Shown here: in pieces, positions 1 through 12,100 of the stretch
Layout of the letters: the number at the start of each line of letters is the position of its first letter
Numbering within the stretch: the first letter of the stretch is position 1
Assembly: GCA_050575255.1 (NCBI GenBank)
Contig: JBNZDD010013721.1
Location: 9,823,372 to 9,887,371 of the forward strand
Origin: Harriotta raleighana
Taxonomy: Eukaryota
Reading direction: 5' to 3'
Length of the DNA stretch: 64,000 bases
Position numbers and translations under genes: made by a program
The notes under the pieces: model-generated
What the model saw: the letters and a program-made list of their open reading frames with translations, nothing else
Databases searched by the model: none
Told to the model about the DNA's origin: nothing

Positions 1-159
1 GACTCTTATTATTAGTCACTTTGGGGTGGTAGGCAAAGTGTAGAACCATACCCCCAACATGAGTCATTGCTGTGAGGAAAGATAAGGGGAAAGCTTTGGA
101 GGAGCTAAAGGGTTATGGACACTGCTGAGATCTGGATACAGCAATATGGGGCAGTGGAT

Positions 160-365
160 AATAATGATTAGAATAATAATCTTTGCATTTCATATAGCGC
201 CATTCCAAGTCTTCGAGATTTCTCAAAGCATTTCACACAATATGCTGTAAAGGGAATTGACTGTACATTTTGTGGGCAATAGGCGGCAGCTCGGAGAACA
301 CAGCAAGATCCCAGCAAGATCCCGCAAACAGTGATGGATTGAGTGACCAATCTATTATTTATTTA
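160..365 (-). mobile_element. Major-family SINE 3' fragment
   Basis: aatctttgcatttcatatagcgcc...aattgactgtacattttgtgggc. Confidence 0.75.
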
Positions 366-1194
366 GAAGCGCTTTCGAGTCAAGTTTGGAATTTGTTTGT
401 CTACTGTCTTCAGACGACAGGATGTGATTATTCTGAAGAGCGGACACGCCGTGAAATTCGAATGCAAGTCACACAAAGTGAAAAATTACAACAAGAGGAA
501 GATTGGGAAAAGATTCTTGTAGAAAAGGTGGATATGTATCTACGGGAGTAAAAGACGACCTCACATTTGGCATGTGCAATTACCACAATAGAAAAAAGCC
601 TTCGGAATCTGTCAATAGTTCCCTCTAACTGAGAGAATACCAAGTTACATTAACTCCAGGGCAGACACAATCTCTCCTACTGTTTGTTTCATTAACCTGC
701 ATCTATGTCAGTTTTCAATGCTTCCCAGATGAATAAGACTGGCAATGCCCCCACCCCCCCCCCCCCCCCTCCACACTCTCCGCTCCCACGAAGTAAAGTC
801 TCTCTGTGAGACTTTTAACTCAGACCAATATTCTCCCATCATAATGGGGAAAAAAAAGTTTCTTCTAGTCGTCTTCAGTTTGCTGCCTTTTTCACTTCGC
901 TTTGGTTCAGAAACTTTTAAATCTGCCCATATTTAGATGTTGTTGTATGAACAGAAGGCTAAAAACCAAACAATTCATTTCCTATAATAAATGGTTTGGC
1001 TATCTCTGCTGGCTTTGGATTAAAAATGAATCAATTATGTTAACAGGATTCATATGCTAAACAACAAATACCTCCAGCCACTTCAAGGTCAAGAGATATC
1101 TCCAGTTGAATCTTTGACGCAGTTTAATAGTTTACACGTTTTTGAGTTTAGTAATAATATTTCAGAACTCTCCATTCATTGCAGCCATTCCACA

Positions 1195-1375
1195 AATTCA
1201 ACTGTAGAAAGTTAGCTCTCATCTGGGACTTGAGGTCTGACAGACATTTTGTCGGGATAGCAGTGGTCCTGAAATCAAGGGTGGAGGCAAAAAGTTGGTT
1301 GTCATCCGCTTATATATGGAAGTTGATCCCATGTCTGCGGATGATATCACCAATGAGGAGCTTGTAGATGTTGAG
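1195..1375 (-). mobile_element. L2-clade LINE reverse transcriptase relic
   Basis: Minus strand reads LNIYKLLIGDIIRRHGINFHI*ADDNQLF...CLSDLKSQMRANFLQLN. The catalytic YADD is broken by TAA at 1310-1312. Confidence 0.88.
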
Positions 1376-2469
1376 AAGTGGGATTGCAATATGTATTTAT
1401 GTACGTATATATATATATAAACAGCATATGTATTACAATTCCACTTTGATGTCTGAACCATTTTTTTTTTTAGCTGCGTTGAACGTTTTTTGAATCTCTC
1501 TCTGTCCAGCCATCACACTAATATATAATATTCATGTGGGATTTACCTAATTAAAAGAACTAACCTTTTTTCATTTCTTTGTTATTCCTAGGCAAGCATC
1601 TAGCTCGAAGCAGGGCAATTATCTATTCCTCTATTTGATTATTGTATTTCTGAGCACAATTTTCTCTTCCCTTTTCCCCCCCACGAGTCCTTCTTTTGGA
1701 ACTGTGCCCAAGTCATCTTATAGCCTGTTCAAGTGATCCAAACGATTGCTCATTCATTATTCAATACCACTCCCGGGATGTAAGTCTACTGAACCTCTGG
1801 TTTGCAAGTGTTTTTTTTTTGCAAGTTTCTGTTTTTGAAATGGATCAGAGATTTGTAAACTGAGCCTCCTTTTATGTCTCAGTGGTTAAATAGACTCCAT
1901 GCATGAAGGGCAGAATATAAATGCAAATTGCTGTTGTTGTAGACTGAATGATGAACTGCCCAGGAAGCTATTCGCAGCCAAAATAGATTTAACTCGGGCT
2001 CAACAGCCCAGGTCTAAGTCGAAAGGTCACAGTTCCAACACAAATCCTTTCCAGTGGTCCCTGTTGGATAGCATTTGGATGCTGATGTCTTTGAATAGAA
2101 CTGGATGAGATGCCCCCTTTAAGCTATCATTGAGCAGAGACTCATTAGCAACCCACTGAAAATCCTCTCGCATTGATCAAGAAAAAAAAATCATTGTGAT
2201 TGATATTTGGCAGCTTCCTGATGTTTTAAAATCCCAGCTTCTTGTTAAAAAATTGTGATGAAATTTTGTTGATGAAAAGGATTGCACTCAAGTTTTGTGC
2301 TGCATCAAAAATGGATGCATTCAATGCGCCTGGGCTCAGTTAATGTTCACCCACCACGTGTGCACTGGGAACACATCCCAGAGTTATCACAGAACCAGCC
2401 TTCAGCAAATAAACTTTATATCCTCAATTGGTACATTGGAAAACATTTGTTTACACTGCCGGGAGCAAT

Positions 2470-2640
2470 TGGCTGTGAAGCACTCTGAGAAGCTGTCCAG
2501 CGTGGAGGGCGCTATATGAATCGAAGTTGTTGCTGTGATTCGCCCACAAAATATGCAGTCAATTCACTTTACAGTACGTTCTGTGAAATGCTTTGAGGCA
2601 TCTTGAAGACAAGATAAAGCGCTATATCAAATCATTATTA
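2470..2640 (+). mobile_element. Two adjacent L2/SINE 3' tails
   Basis: gagggcgctatatgaatcgaagttgttg followed by cgcccacaaaatatgcagtcaattcactttacag...gcgctatatcaaat. Confidence 0.75.
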
Positions 2641-4221
2641 TTTCATAGCCTGTACATCACGAGCCTGGCATAATACTACAATGTTCACCTTTTCAGACCT
2701 AATGTTTCCAAAGTCGCTTTACTTATTGTCAGTGGTGAGAGAGAGGATTGTGATTGAATGGGCGGCCCTGACTGTCCCACGTAAAAGATTACTGTTCACA
2801 TCTTGATTGCACGAGGCGTTTTTTTTTCTCCGCAAATGGCAAATGCAGAAGCCACCTGCGTTTCGAACCAAATTTAAAATCGACTGCGATAATAAGACAA
2901 GCCTTACAGCAGGAGCAGTTACACTGCCAGAGTGATAAACGAAAGTGACAGGAGGCTCTTCTTGTTGACAAAGATGTATGTACCAGGACCCCAGTCTTCA
3001 CAAATGGGGCCACTGACCCTTCAAACCAGCTATGAACACCTTTCACAAGCTCATTCATCAAACAAAGTGCCAATCGCTGGCGCTTGCACAACAAGTGAGA
3101 ATTTAATAAAAAGAATTCAAGGCCGTAGCCTAACTAGCAGCTGTGACCCCGTGAAGTTAGATCTTCATCAATCAACCGTTCTTGAACCCTCTCCCTCTCA
3201 AGTCTCCCTGCCTCATAACTATTAAGCACCTTATTTAATTTTACAGTTTGTCCTTTCCCCCACTTTCTGTTTAATTTCTCAAACCATTGTCCAATATTAT
3301 CATATTTTTCTTGTCGAACGCAAGCTTAGCATCATCTAATAACTTTTTCTCAACTTTTCAATCTCAGTGATGCACTATATTTTGGTGTATGAGCTCCTTA
3401 TTCTCAATAATATTTGTGTGTGGGAGAGAGAGAGATGGGGACAAAGAGAGGGGATACAACGACAACAATAAGTTGCACTTATATAGTGCCCTCCATACAG
3501 GGTAGCGTCTCAGAAGCGCTTAAATACACAACAACAACAAAATTACTTTTGTGTAGCTCCTTTCACTTTGGGAGGACGTTCCATAAATAGAGAGGGAAAG
3601 AGGGGAACAAAATACAGTATAGAGGGAAGAATGGAAAAGTCTGCAAGCCTTTTCTGGATCCTTATTTGAGAACAGTTGGGATACCTTTTCCTCTTGTCAT
3701 GTGCAACATTTTCTACTCTCCGAGGCTGGCAGTCACATGTTTGAAATTCTGAATGTATTTAACCTATGCTTAAGAAATGTGGATGTATTTAACCTTTTCT
3801 TAAGTATCCATTCTATCATTTGATCCCAGTAGCACACGTACTGAGTAACTTAACAAATATGATTTTAAAACTAATCTAAATTACAATATTATGACAGACT
3901 TTCATCTCCGTGTACTTAATGAAAGTTTCATGGCGAGAATATGTTATGTGAGCAGCAGATTTATTTAATTAATGAGCAGGCCTAGCCATGCAACTGAGCA
4001 AGTTATTAAGGTAGCATATTCTTGTGAAAGTGCAATATGAAGTGGTGGGAAACATTTTTGACCATGAGAAACGCTCACCTCCTGAGTTCTTGATCACAGG
4101 TGTGGAGTGAGAACCAGCTGCATTCCTCGCATGGGGAATGGAAGTCGGAAGGATATGTACAGAACGGAGCCCTGTGTGGTCCTGTGGTATGCAGGGATGA
4201 TTTTTGTGCCAGTTATCGGGC

Positions 4222-4290
4222 TGCACAGCGCCTTGGGACGTCCTCCTGACGTGAAAGGCGCTATATAAATATGATATATAAATAAAGAAA
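4222..4290 (+). mobile_element. Isolated L2-type 3' tail (similar tails near 3460-3580, 19185-19230, 25225-25290, 46385-46445, 59232-59296, 61053-61120, 63518-63575)
   Basis: cagcgccttgggacgtcctcctgacgtgaaaggcgctatataaat. Confidence 0.8.
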
Positions 4291-5589
4291 TAAAAAATCA
4301 TGCCACTGCCAAAGCTGATCTTGCGGTTGTTGTTTAAGACGCACCAGCCTAATGCCAAGGTTCCCGCTTTCCTTTTAATTGGGAGGGTTTTTCTTAATGG
4401 TATTTTGTCACTAACCAGATGTGTTTGAAGCTAATTGTTATCTTGCCCTTGAGTGATATGAAATGCAAGATTTTAAAGGCGTATAAACGTTCCAATTTCC
4501 ATATAAAGTTCTAACAGTTTGACATATAGTGATTCAGACCTGCTGGTACTCTCAGTGGAGCTCCTCTCTTTTAATGGAATAAAACAATGTAGATTCTATA
4601 CATAACTATTTATTTAAGGACAGCATTTAAGCACAGCACGAGCCTAACCTTGACTATTAATGTCCTTCTGTCAGATGCTACCTAGAGAGAAGTTGTTTTT
4701 ATTAAGTTGCCTGCAGAAAGTACTTTTCTTTCCTCCATTCCTCTGTGTAACACAGCTTAGAGTGTTTAGTAGTTTTTGGCTTTGAAGTTCAGAGAGTAGT
4801 AGTCTAAGTGATCATTACGTTTCAGAAGTTAACTTGTGTCTGCTTTGCTGGCTTCATAAAAGTGTGTATGTACTATCTGCTCGGCTTTTTGGATTTAAAC
4901 ATTAAATTGCAGGAGTGAGACTGAAATAATGGTCAGCTTTACAGTATCTGCCCCATAATGTGTTTGCCCTTTTATTTGTAAACTGACAGGCTTATTTGTC
5001 AATCCGTGGGTTTACAATCAACAACGCTCAGTCATTCTCTTGTTGCAGTCCCTTTCGGAAAATGTCACTGTCTTTTTGGTTAATAGAAGATGTCAGATTT
5101 GTTGCATTCTGTGACCAATGTGTGGAGAATGAGCAAGCAATGGCAGACTGCTTCATTTGTTTCAGAAAATGGATTTTGTCCTCTCTCGTGTGTTCACATC
5201 TTCAGACCATTTGATTATGAAAGGTGTGATGGCTTTGCTGGTTGAGCAGAAAAGAGTATCTAAAGAGCAGATCTTTTAAAGTTTCAACATGGTGTCCTCG
5301 CATGGCACAGTTCGAAAGCCACTGTCTAGAGCGAAGCTAAGCTTTACAGGTCCAGGCATCCCAAGGTTTAATCCCGCTTTGTTGTGGGTGTGGAGGCGTA
5401 GGTGATCTGATTCGGTGTGGCATTTGGGGCAGTGATACAAGCAGCTTCAATACCTTTTGTGCGAGGGGACAGAGAACATCGAGGAAAACTTGCAACGCAA
5501 GTGGGTCCTGCTGTAAAGCGATTGTGTGGACGGACAGTGAGTGAGCTCAGGCTTACTTACTTACTTGTGGTACGCTTAGTCAGAACATG

Positions 5590-5830
5590 GGCTGAGCACT
5601 GCATCAGCTTGATAGGTAGCACACTCACCTCTGAATCAGAAGGTTGCGTGTTTACACCTCGGGACTTAGAGTCACATCTAAGGAGACAGTGCAGTGCTGT
5701 GGGGAGGGTTGCATTTTCAGAGGTATCATCCTTCAGACATGAGACTTTAAAACCATGGTCCTGTCTGCCTGTGGATGTTAGAGATCCCATGTTATTATTT
5801 AAACATGGTGCGTTATAGAACTGCAGGGAG
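5590..5830 (+). mobile_element. Old DeuSINE (SacSINE1-like) fragment
   Basis: ctcacctctgaatcagaaggttg head, shared with the 7330 copy, and tggatgttagagatcccatg, which resembles the Deu domain as recalled. Confidence 0.7.
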
Positions 5831-6059
5831 AATTAAACCAAGTGGGTTTATTATTTCTTCTTTGATTTATTGATGTGCTACCTACTTAGTTTGGAGACAT
5901 GTGCAACCTTTATCCCATCAAATAATATGTTGTGGGGTACAGTATTTCCTTTTGGTATATTTGAATAGGTTTGTTCACCTAATCACATCTTTAATGCTAC
6001 ACTACAGAAATAAAATTCTTACAAGAATAAAATAGAAATATCTACATGGAGGAAAACTC

Positions 6060-6350
6060 ATTGGTATAGTTGGTTAACACAATCCTCTTTCCACCCCCTT
6101 GGAACCGGGTTCAATTCTAGCCTATACTCACAGGGTAAAAGTCTCCTCTGGTGGCTGTGATGAACTTTACAAGGAATGGGTCTGTCTGAGCAAATTTCCT
6201 ATTGGAAATTTTCTATTGCAACTTCATATTGCCACCAAATTGACAAGGTCACTGGCAGAGGCTGCAAAAATGGTTTGTCTCAGGAGTAGAAAATCATTGC
6301 CACTGGTGCTTTTTTTTTTCTGTTAATGGATAAGATACTGCAGAGTTCTT
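6060..6350 (+). mobile_element. LF-SINE-like tRNA-derived SINE
   Basis: B-box-like gggttcaattct, followed by a colinear series of motifs resembling the recalled LF-SINE consensus (see findings). Confidence 0.55.
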
Positions 6351-7329
6351 AAGTTCTCAAGAAGTGTACCCAGCATCAAATGTTTGTGTGTGTGTATGTG
6401 CGTGTTCAAAAGCTGAGAGAGAAATCTGAGCAAATTAGATTTTACCATTTTTCTATTACAGCATCTAGAAAAAAAACATTTCCAACAAACCTCTCATTGA
6501 ATATTAAGTTGGATGTTAGCAGTGAAGGAACCACATGGCNGTGCGTGTTCAAAAGCTGAGAGAGAAATCTGAGCAAATTAGATTTTACCATTTTTCTATT
6601 ACAGCATCTAGAAAAAAAACATTTCCAACAATCCTCTCATTGAATATTAAGTTGGATGTTAGCAGTGAAGGAACCACATGGCATTTCTTTACTCTCCACT
6701 ATTTATATAGAAAAAAACAGAATAAATTGTGACCTTGTTGTCTTTATTTCATTGCAGCAAGGTTACAATCTCCCTGACGGGATTAAGAGGTTTTAAAGGC
6801 TTTGAATGTACAGTACATTTTATTTTAATGGTATTCAGAATAAATTATCTGACATTGTATTGTAAAACTACTTTCAGGAAAAATTGGCCATTTGCCCATG
6901 TTTACTGAATGAAGCATACATTGGTCACTGTTTAACCCCCCCCTCACCTCCCCATTCTTTTTATGATGCTTGAAAAGTTAAGCTTTTATTGACAACTTGA
7001 GCTGCTCTTTACCTCAGAAAGCAGCAATGTTCTTTTTGTATCTGCCTGGAATTAAGCCTCCCAAAAGCTCTGTAACCCTGGGGCTATTCGGGAGTGGTGG
7101 GGGAGTGGGGCTGGGGAAGGCTAACCAAACAAACAGTAATATCTTCAGTAGCAAGCTAATCAATCCAGATAAGTAGGCCTTATTGATTCTCTCTTCTTAA
7201 ACCTCATGGTTTGTGTCTGAACAATTTTTTCAGGCTGCAAAACTGTGAACTGCAGAGCGAAAACATATTAACAGAGTAGCTGAAGGGCTTTATGTTGCAG
7301 ACTCATATAAACAGTACAAGGTGTGTGTC

Positions 7330-7652
7330 AGCCTTGCTTAGTTGGTTGCACTCTCGCCTCTGAATCAGAAGGTTGTGGGTTCAAGACTCGCGTCGGGACT
7401 TTGAACTCGTACAGTCTAAACTGACACACCAATGCAGTGCTGCATGAGCTGTATTGTGGGAGGTCCCGTTCTTCAGATGTGATGTTAAGCCAAAGTTCCC
7501 ATGGCACAACTGAAGAAATGAAGTCAGTTGCTCCTGTCTGTTTGAGGGACATTGAGTTGCACAAATTGTGTACACAACACACAGTGAATTTAGGCGCTCT
7601 GGGTCGCTACCTTGAAAGGAGCGCTTTACAAATGCAAGTTGTTGTTGTTGTA
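7330..7652 (+). mobile_element. Old DeuSINE (SacSINE1-like), near full length, with (GTT)n tail
   Basis: gcctctgaatcagaaggttgtgggttcaag (B box)...cccatggcac...gcgctttacaaatgcaagttgttgttg. Confidence 0.75.
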
Positions 7653-8301
7653 AATTCCTGTGAAGTTCTTTCAGGTGTCATCCTGATGCGAGAAACACTT
7701 CATTAAATGCAAGGATTATTATAGAATGCACAACAAGTGAGCATTAGATATCAATTAAAACATTGAGTACAATTGTTCTCGGCGAAGAAAGAAAGAAGCT
7801 GCAGAGAATAAACCGTTGGAAGCCAAACTTACGTAGAATTTTTTAAAAATTGGGCTACAGTATCTGGAGAATTCAGAGTCTGACTCTATATAAAGCCATG
7901 AAAGAGTGAAATTCTATAGAACTGAAAGGATTCAAGGACAGCCTGCCACAACAATTGGAAAGTGAAAACTTCAAAATTAATGTCATATCTGCTGTACATG
8001 TGGTGTAACCTTTTACTCTGCCATCTGCCATTCAATACACAGTGGAATAAATTGGTATATTCCCATTATTAGTTGGTTGACCTGCCTGAACCACATTGTA
8101 TGGAAAAAAAAATGATCTGAAGATGTCCAGGGTGACCAAAAAGTCTTATTTTTCAGCTATCCTGTATCTACACTACAACAACAAAATTACAGTTATAGAG
8201 CGTCTTTCATGTCAGGAGGACATCCCAAAGCACAGCATTTCTTTAAGACGTATTAAACATTTTATTTGTATTGTGCCCCTGTATTGCTAGTGAGGTAGGT
8301 G

Positions 8302-8440
8302 AATCATAGAATCATATAATTTTTCAGCACAAAAGGAGGCCAATATGGCCCATCGAATCTGTGCCAGGTTTTTGAAAAGAGCTATTCAAAGTCAATCCCA
8401 CTCCCCGTCTCTCTCTCCGTAAACCCGCAAACCCGTCCTC
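8302..8440 (-). mobile_element. CR1 LINE 3' end
   Basis: aatcatagaatcat (ATTCTATG-type terminal repeat) followed by cagcacaaaaggaggccaatatggcccatcg. Confidence 0.75.
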
Positions 8441-8906
8441 CCAGAGTTTGGAGAGGTTTCCAGCTATTGAGTAACACTAACTCACCGAGTCCATAATCAT
8501 CAGTGAGAACTGGCTGGGGAGATAGTCCAGCTCCAGTTGCGAACTGATTGCTGCTGACTCGCCTTCTGCACTCACTCCACATATCCGGTATCAAGAGAAT
8601 ACTCAGAAGAAATAATCTGCGTAGAACTCCAGGGACTTGCTTGTCACTATTTTCTGTAGTAGCACTGTATCATCAAATCCTCTTTGATTCTCCAAAGCTC
8701 TTTGATTCTACAAAGTGCTGTTTAGTTCCTGTAATTCTTCCTTAGTTGCTAATAAAGATGTTACCATCTGCCTATGGATCGCAGTCTTTTTCTCAGATGA
8801 TCAGAACCTCTTTCTTTTTTAGGATGTTTCTTGAATGTAACCTTACTCAGAACAGGTTTTGAACAATTCCATTTGCATTCAGTTTGCATACGGATTGTAC
8901 GGTTTG

Positions 8907-9170
8907 TTTCCAGGCAGGGCGAAACCTTGGGCAAGTTTCGTTACTCCACAAGCCTGATAATAATCCTTCCAAGAAAAATGATAATAAATTGGTCGCTTCA
9001 ATCCGAGACTGTTTGTGGGGACGCTGCTGTGCGCAATTAGCTGCTGCGTTTCACCCACAAATATGCAGTCAATTCACTTTACAGTATATTTTGTGAAACG
9101 TTTTTTGACCAAAAGAAGATGTGAAAAGCGCTATATCAAATGCAAGGATTATTATTGTTACTATTGTTGT
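8907..9170 (+). mobile_element. 5'-truncated major-family SINE
   Basis: ccaggcagggcgaaaccttgggcaagttt through gcgctatatcaaatgcaaggattattatt. Confidence 0.88.
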
Positions 9171-12100
9171 TGGAAATCCAGTAGCATTTGGAAACACAAA
9201 TCTCTCTGTGCCACGGCAAATTCTCAATTTTCAATTTTTATGCACTCAAAGGACAGGCTTGAAATTGGTTGCGTATAATACAGAGTAAAAAAGGATTATT
9301 CCAAAGATCCTGACCTAAAACCAGGAGTGTCTATATCAACTCCACAGATTGATTCAAAACACAGCAGTTAATTTCTGATCAAATTGGTTTTGTGTTCTCC
9401 AGATCACTACTGTATAAGATAAATAAAGGCGGGAGATACAGGTAGGCAGTGACAGCAGGCAAAGACTGGGGCAGCTACTTCAAAAGGGCTTCATTGACAT
9501 ATAATCTGTCAAAGAGGTTTAGTCTCCCGAGGTCTCCTTTTATATCATTACAGGGTTATAAAAGGAATCTTTTAACTACAGTGTGAATCAATCGCAGTTT
9601 CACAGGAAGGTAATCTTTGACCCTCTCCTCCCTACCAACACCTTAATGATAATTACTGCACCATTCTATGCTATAGCCAGAATAGCCAGTGTAACCTTAA
9701 TCAGTCTTATTGAAAGTACTCAATATTATAACAGTACTCCGACCCCTCTATAAATTCTATGCATTACAGAGTAACTTGCTACAGTAGTTAAACAGAGACT
9801 GTAGATACGTCTGATCGCTAATATGTTCACCGACAAGATACACCATCACTACACTTCACAGAGTATCCTGTAAAGTGCTTTGAGATGCGTTCCTGATTTG
9901 AAAATCACTGTATCAAATGAAAGGATTAATGTTATACTATTATCAATACTGTCTGCTTTTCTAAAAACAAACTGTTTACCCACAGTGTTTAAAATGTCAT
10001 CTTTTATTCTTCAGTCTTTTTGTAATTTGACAACTAAATTGAAATTGTACTTAGTAGATATGAAATAGAGTTGAGATTGAGCGAGGAGGTGGCGATTGTA
10101 ATTAGCTTGCATAAACTGCCTTGGCTAATTATTGCCCATATGTATGACACATCAAGTGACCTATAAACCATGTGTTGCCTTTCAATGGGTTTGCATTTTT
10201 ATTAAAATGTGTCTTTTAATCCTGTGCATGATTTAGGAAATGTTTTGATTTGATATGTAAGGCCATTTGCATGAACATTTTGCACATTTTGTTGATGTTC
10301 TGCTCTCCGGCGAAGTAATTGGGTTACATGGTGAGATTTATAGTCACCATTGACTTTGGTTTAATTTCAAAGAGTAATGAGGATTGATTCTGAGGCGTTC
10401 AGGAGCTCACACAGCAGGCTAATGTTGAAGGAGAATGGCAAGGTAGGTAATCCCAGATAGCCTCTCATCACTAGTCATATCCACAAAATAAAAATCTTTC
10501 CTACGTGTCTACCATCCTCAGCCTCGATCGAGCATTGTAAAATATTAATGTTCACCACAAAGATGTTGCAGAACAATTCCTTAAATGTTGTATGTTAACA
10601 AGACAAAATGCAGAAGTAATAAGTTTGGAATGTCTGTTGTGATGTGTTGTTAAGTGATAGCTAGATACTTCCTTTTGTTTGCAAGGATGTGTCAAAATTA
10701 AAATGTCAGGAAATTAAAAGGACTGGAATAACGTATTGCGGATGTGAGAGGAAGCAAAACAGATCCGAGAAATCAAAAAGTCCAAGATTGCCAGAAATAT
10801 TTGTGTACGCTTTGAACGCATCTTAGACTCGTGTGTGTTTTATCTGGATTAAAATAATCCTAGCATTTGATACAATAGTTTAGATTTCACAATGTTTCAA
10901 AGGATTTCCCTATGATGTGTAGTGACTAAATTTTATGAACAAGTTGTCGATTGGCATCTCTCCCCCAACATCGCCCTAGAGTGTCAACCTAGACTTTGAG
11001 CTCAAGCCCTGGCTTGCTGCCCACCGAGGTAGGGTTGTCTTGTAGGCCTGCATGATATCAATTGACTATGTCCATCGGATAAAAAACACTCGTATTAAAA
11101 GACAGTAAACTAAGCAGAATCTTTGACTTTAAATAGGATCTCAGAAATGGTGACTTCTAGCACATTGATGAAACTGGAAGTACATAATGGGAATTCTTCA
11201 CTGACACTGTTTGCTTTCAGAGCAGAGTGAGTTCCAAGAAATAAATCCCGCTCAGAATTTTGGTTAAGGAGTCCCATAAGAAATCGCTTCACAATCTTAT
11301 TAGACCTAAATCGTAGCTATTAGAGATTGGTACAACTGGTATACATACATTCTCTGGTCAGTGAGGCTGATTACCTTATTCATGGTGTCATTCGATGGGA
11401 ATGTTCTTAAAAACAGCTGAAATATTTTTTCTTTTCTCAGTCTGGTCTGTGATGGGTGGGAGAACCCATTTAAGTCAATCATTTTAAATACACGCTTTAA
11501 TTTGATTAATTATTCAACATTTTTCCCTCCATTTTGAACATTAATCAATCAATTAGTTGAGTTTTGGGTATAAATTAATAGGATTTAATTGTCTCCAATG
11601 TATGCCTCATTATTATACTGTCTGTGTGTGTTCTTGATAAAGCTTTATTCAGATAGTGCACCATAATCAACTGGCTTTGAACTGGCAATTAAAAGGGGGG
11701 AAAAAAAACTTAAAGAACAGATTTTCCTCTGCAACGTGGCTCATTTTATAGACTTATTAAAATCCTATTTATGCTTTTAATTTCATGCTTATTTAATGTC
11801 CTTTATTAACAAAAGGTTTGTAAATTACTTTTCGGTTTGTGCAACTCATTAATCTTTTACATTAATTTGTCCATTTTACTCTGCTCCAAATATTTTATAT
11901 TGCAGCTAACGGAAATGCTTTAGCAGTTTCATTTTGACTTGATTGAAGTGTAACATAAGATATCAATCTAGGATTGTGTGGGATCTGCGGTAGCGTTTAT
12001 ACCATTTCAGCGGTTATTATAGTCTTTCCATTTGTGTTGGTTGAGATGGCAAAGCAGATTGATTTGTTTTCTTAGTCGAGCTCAATGCTTCGAAGACAGT

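Noticed and set aside
9015-9278. Recurring peptides such as 'QSIHFTVY...KRYIKCKDYYY' in several ORFs
   Set aside because: These are translations of the non-coding SINE tail, not a protein family.
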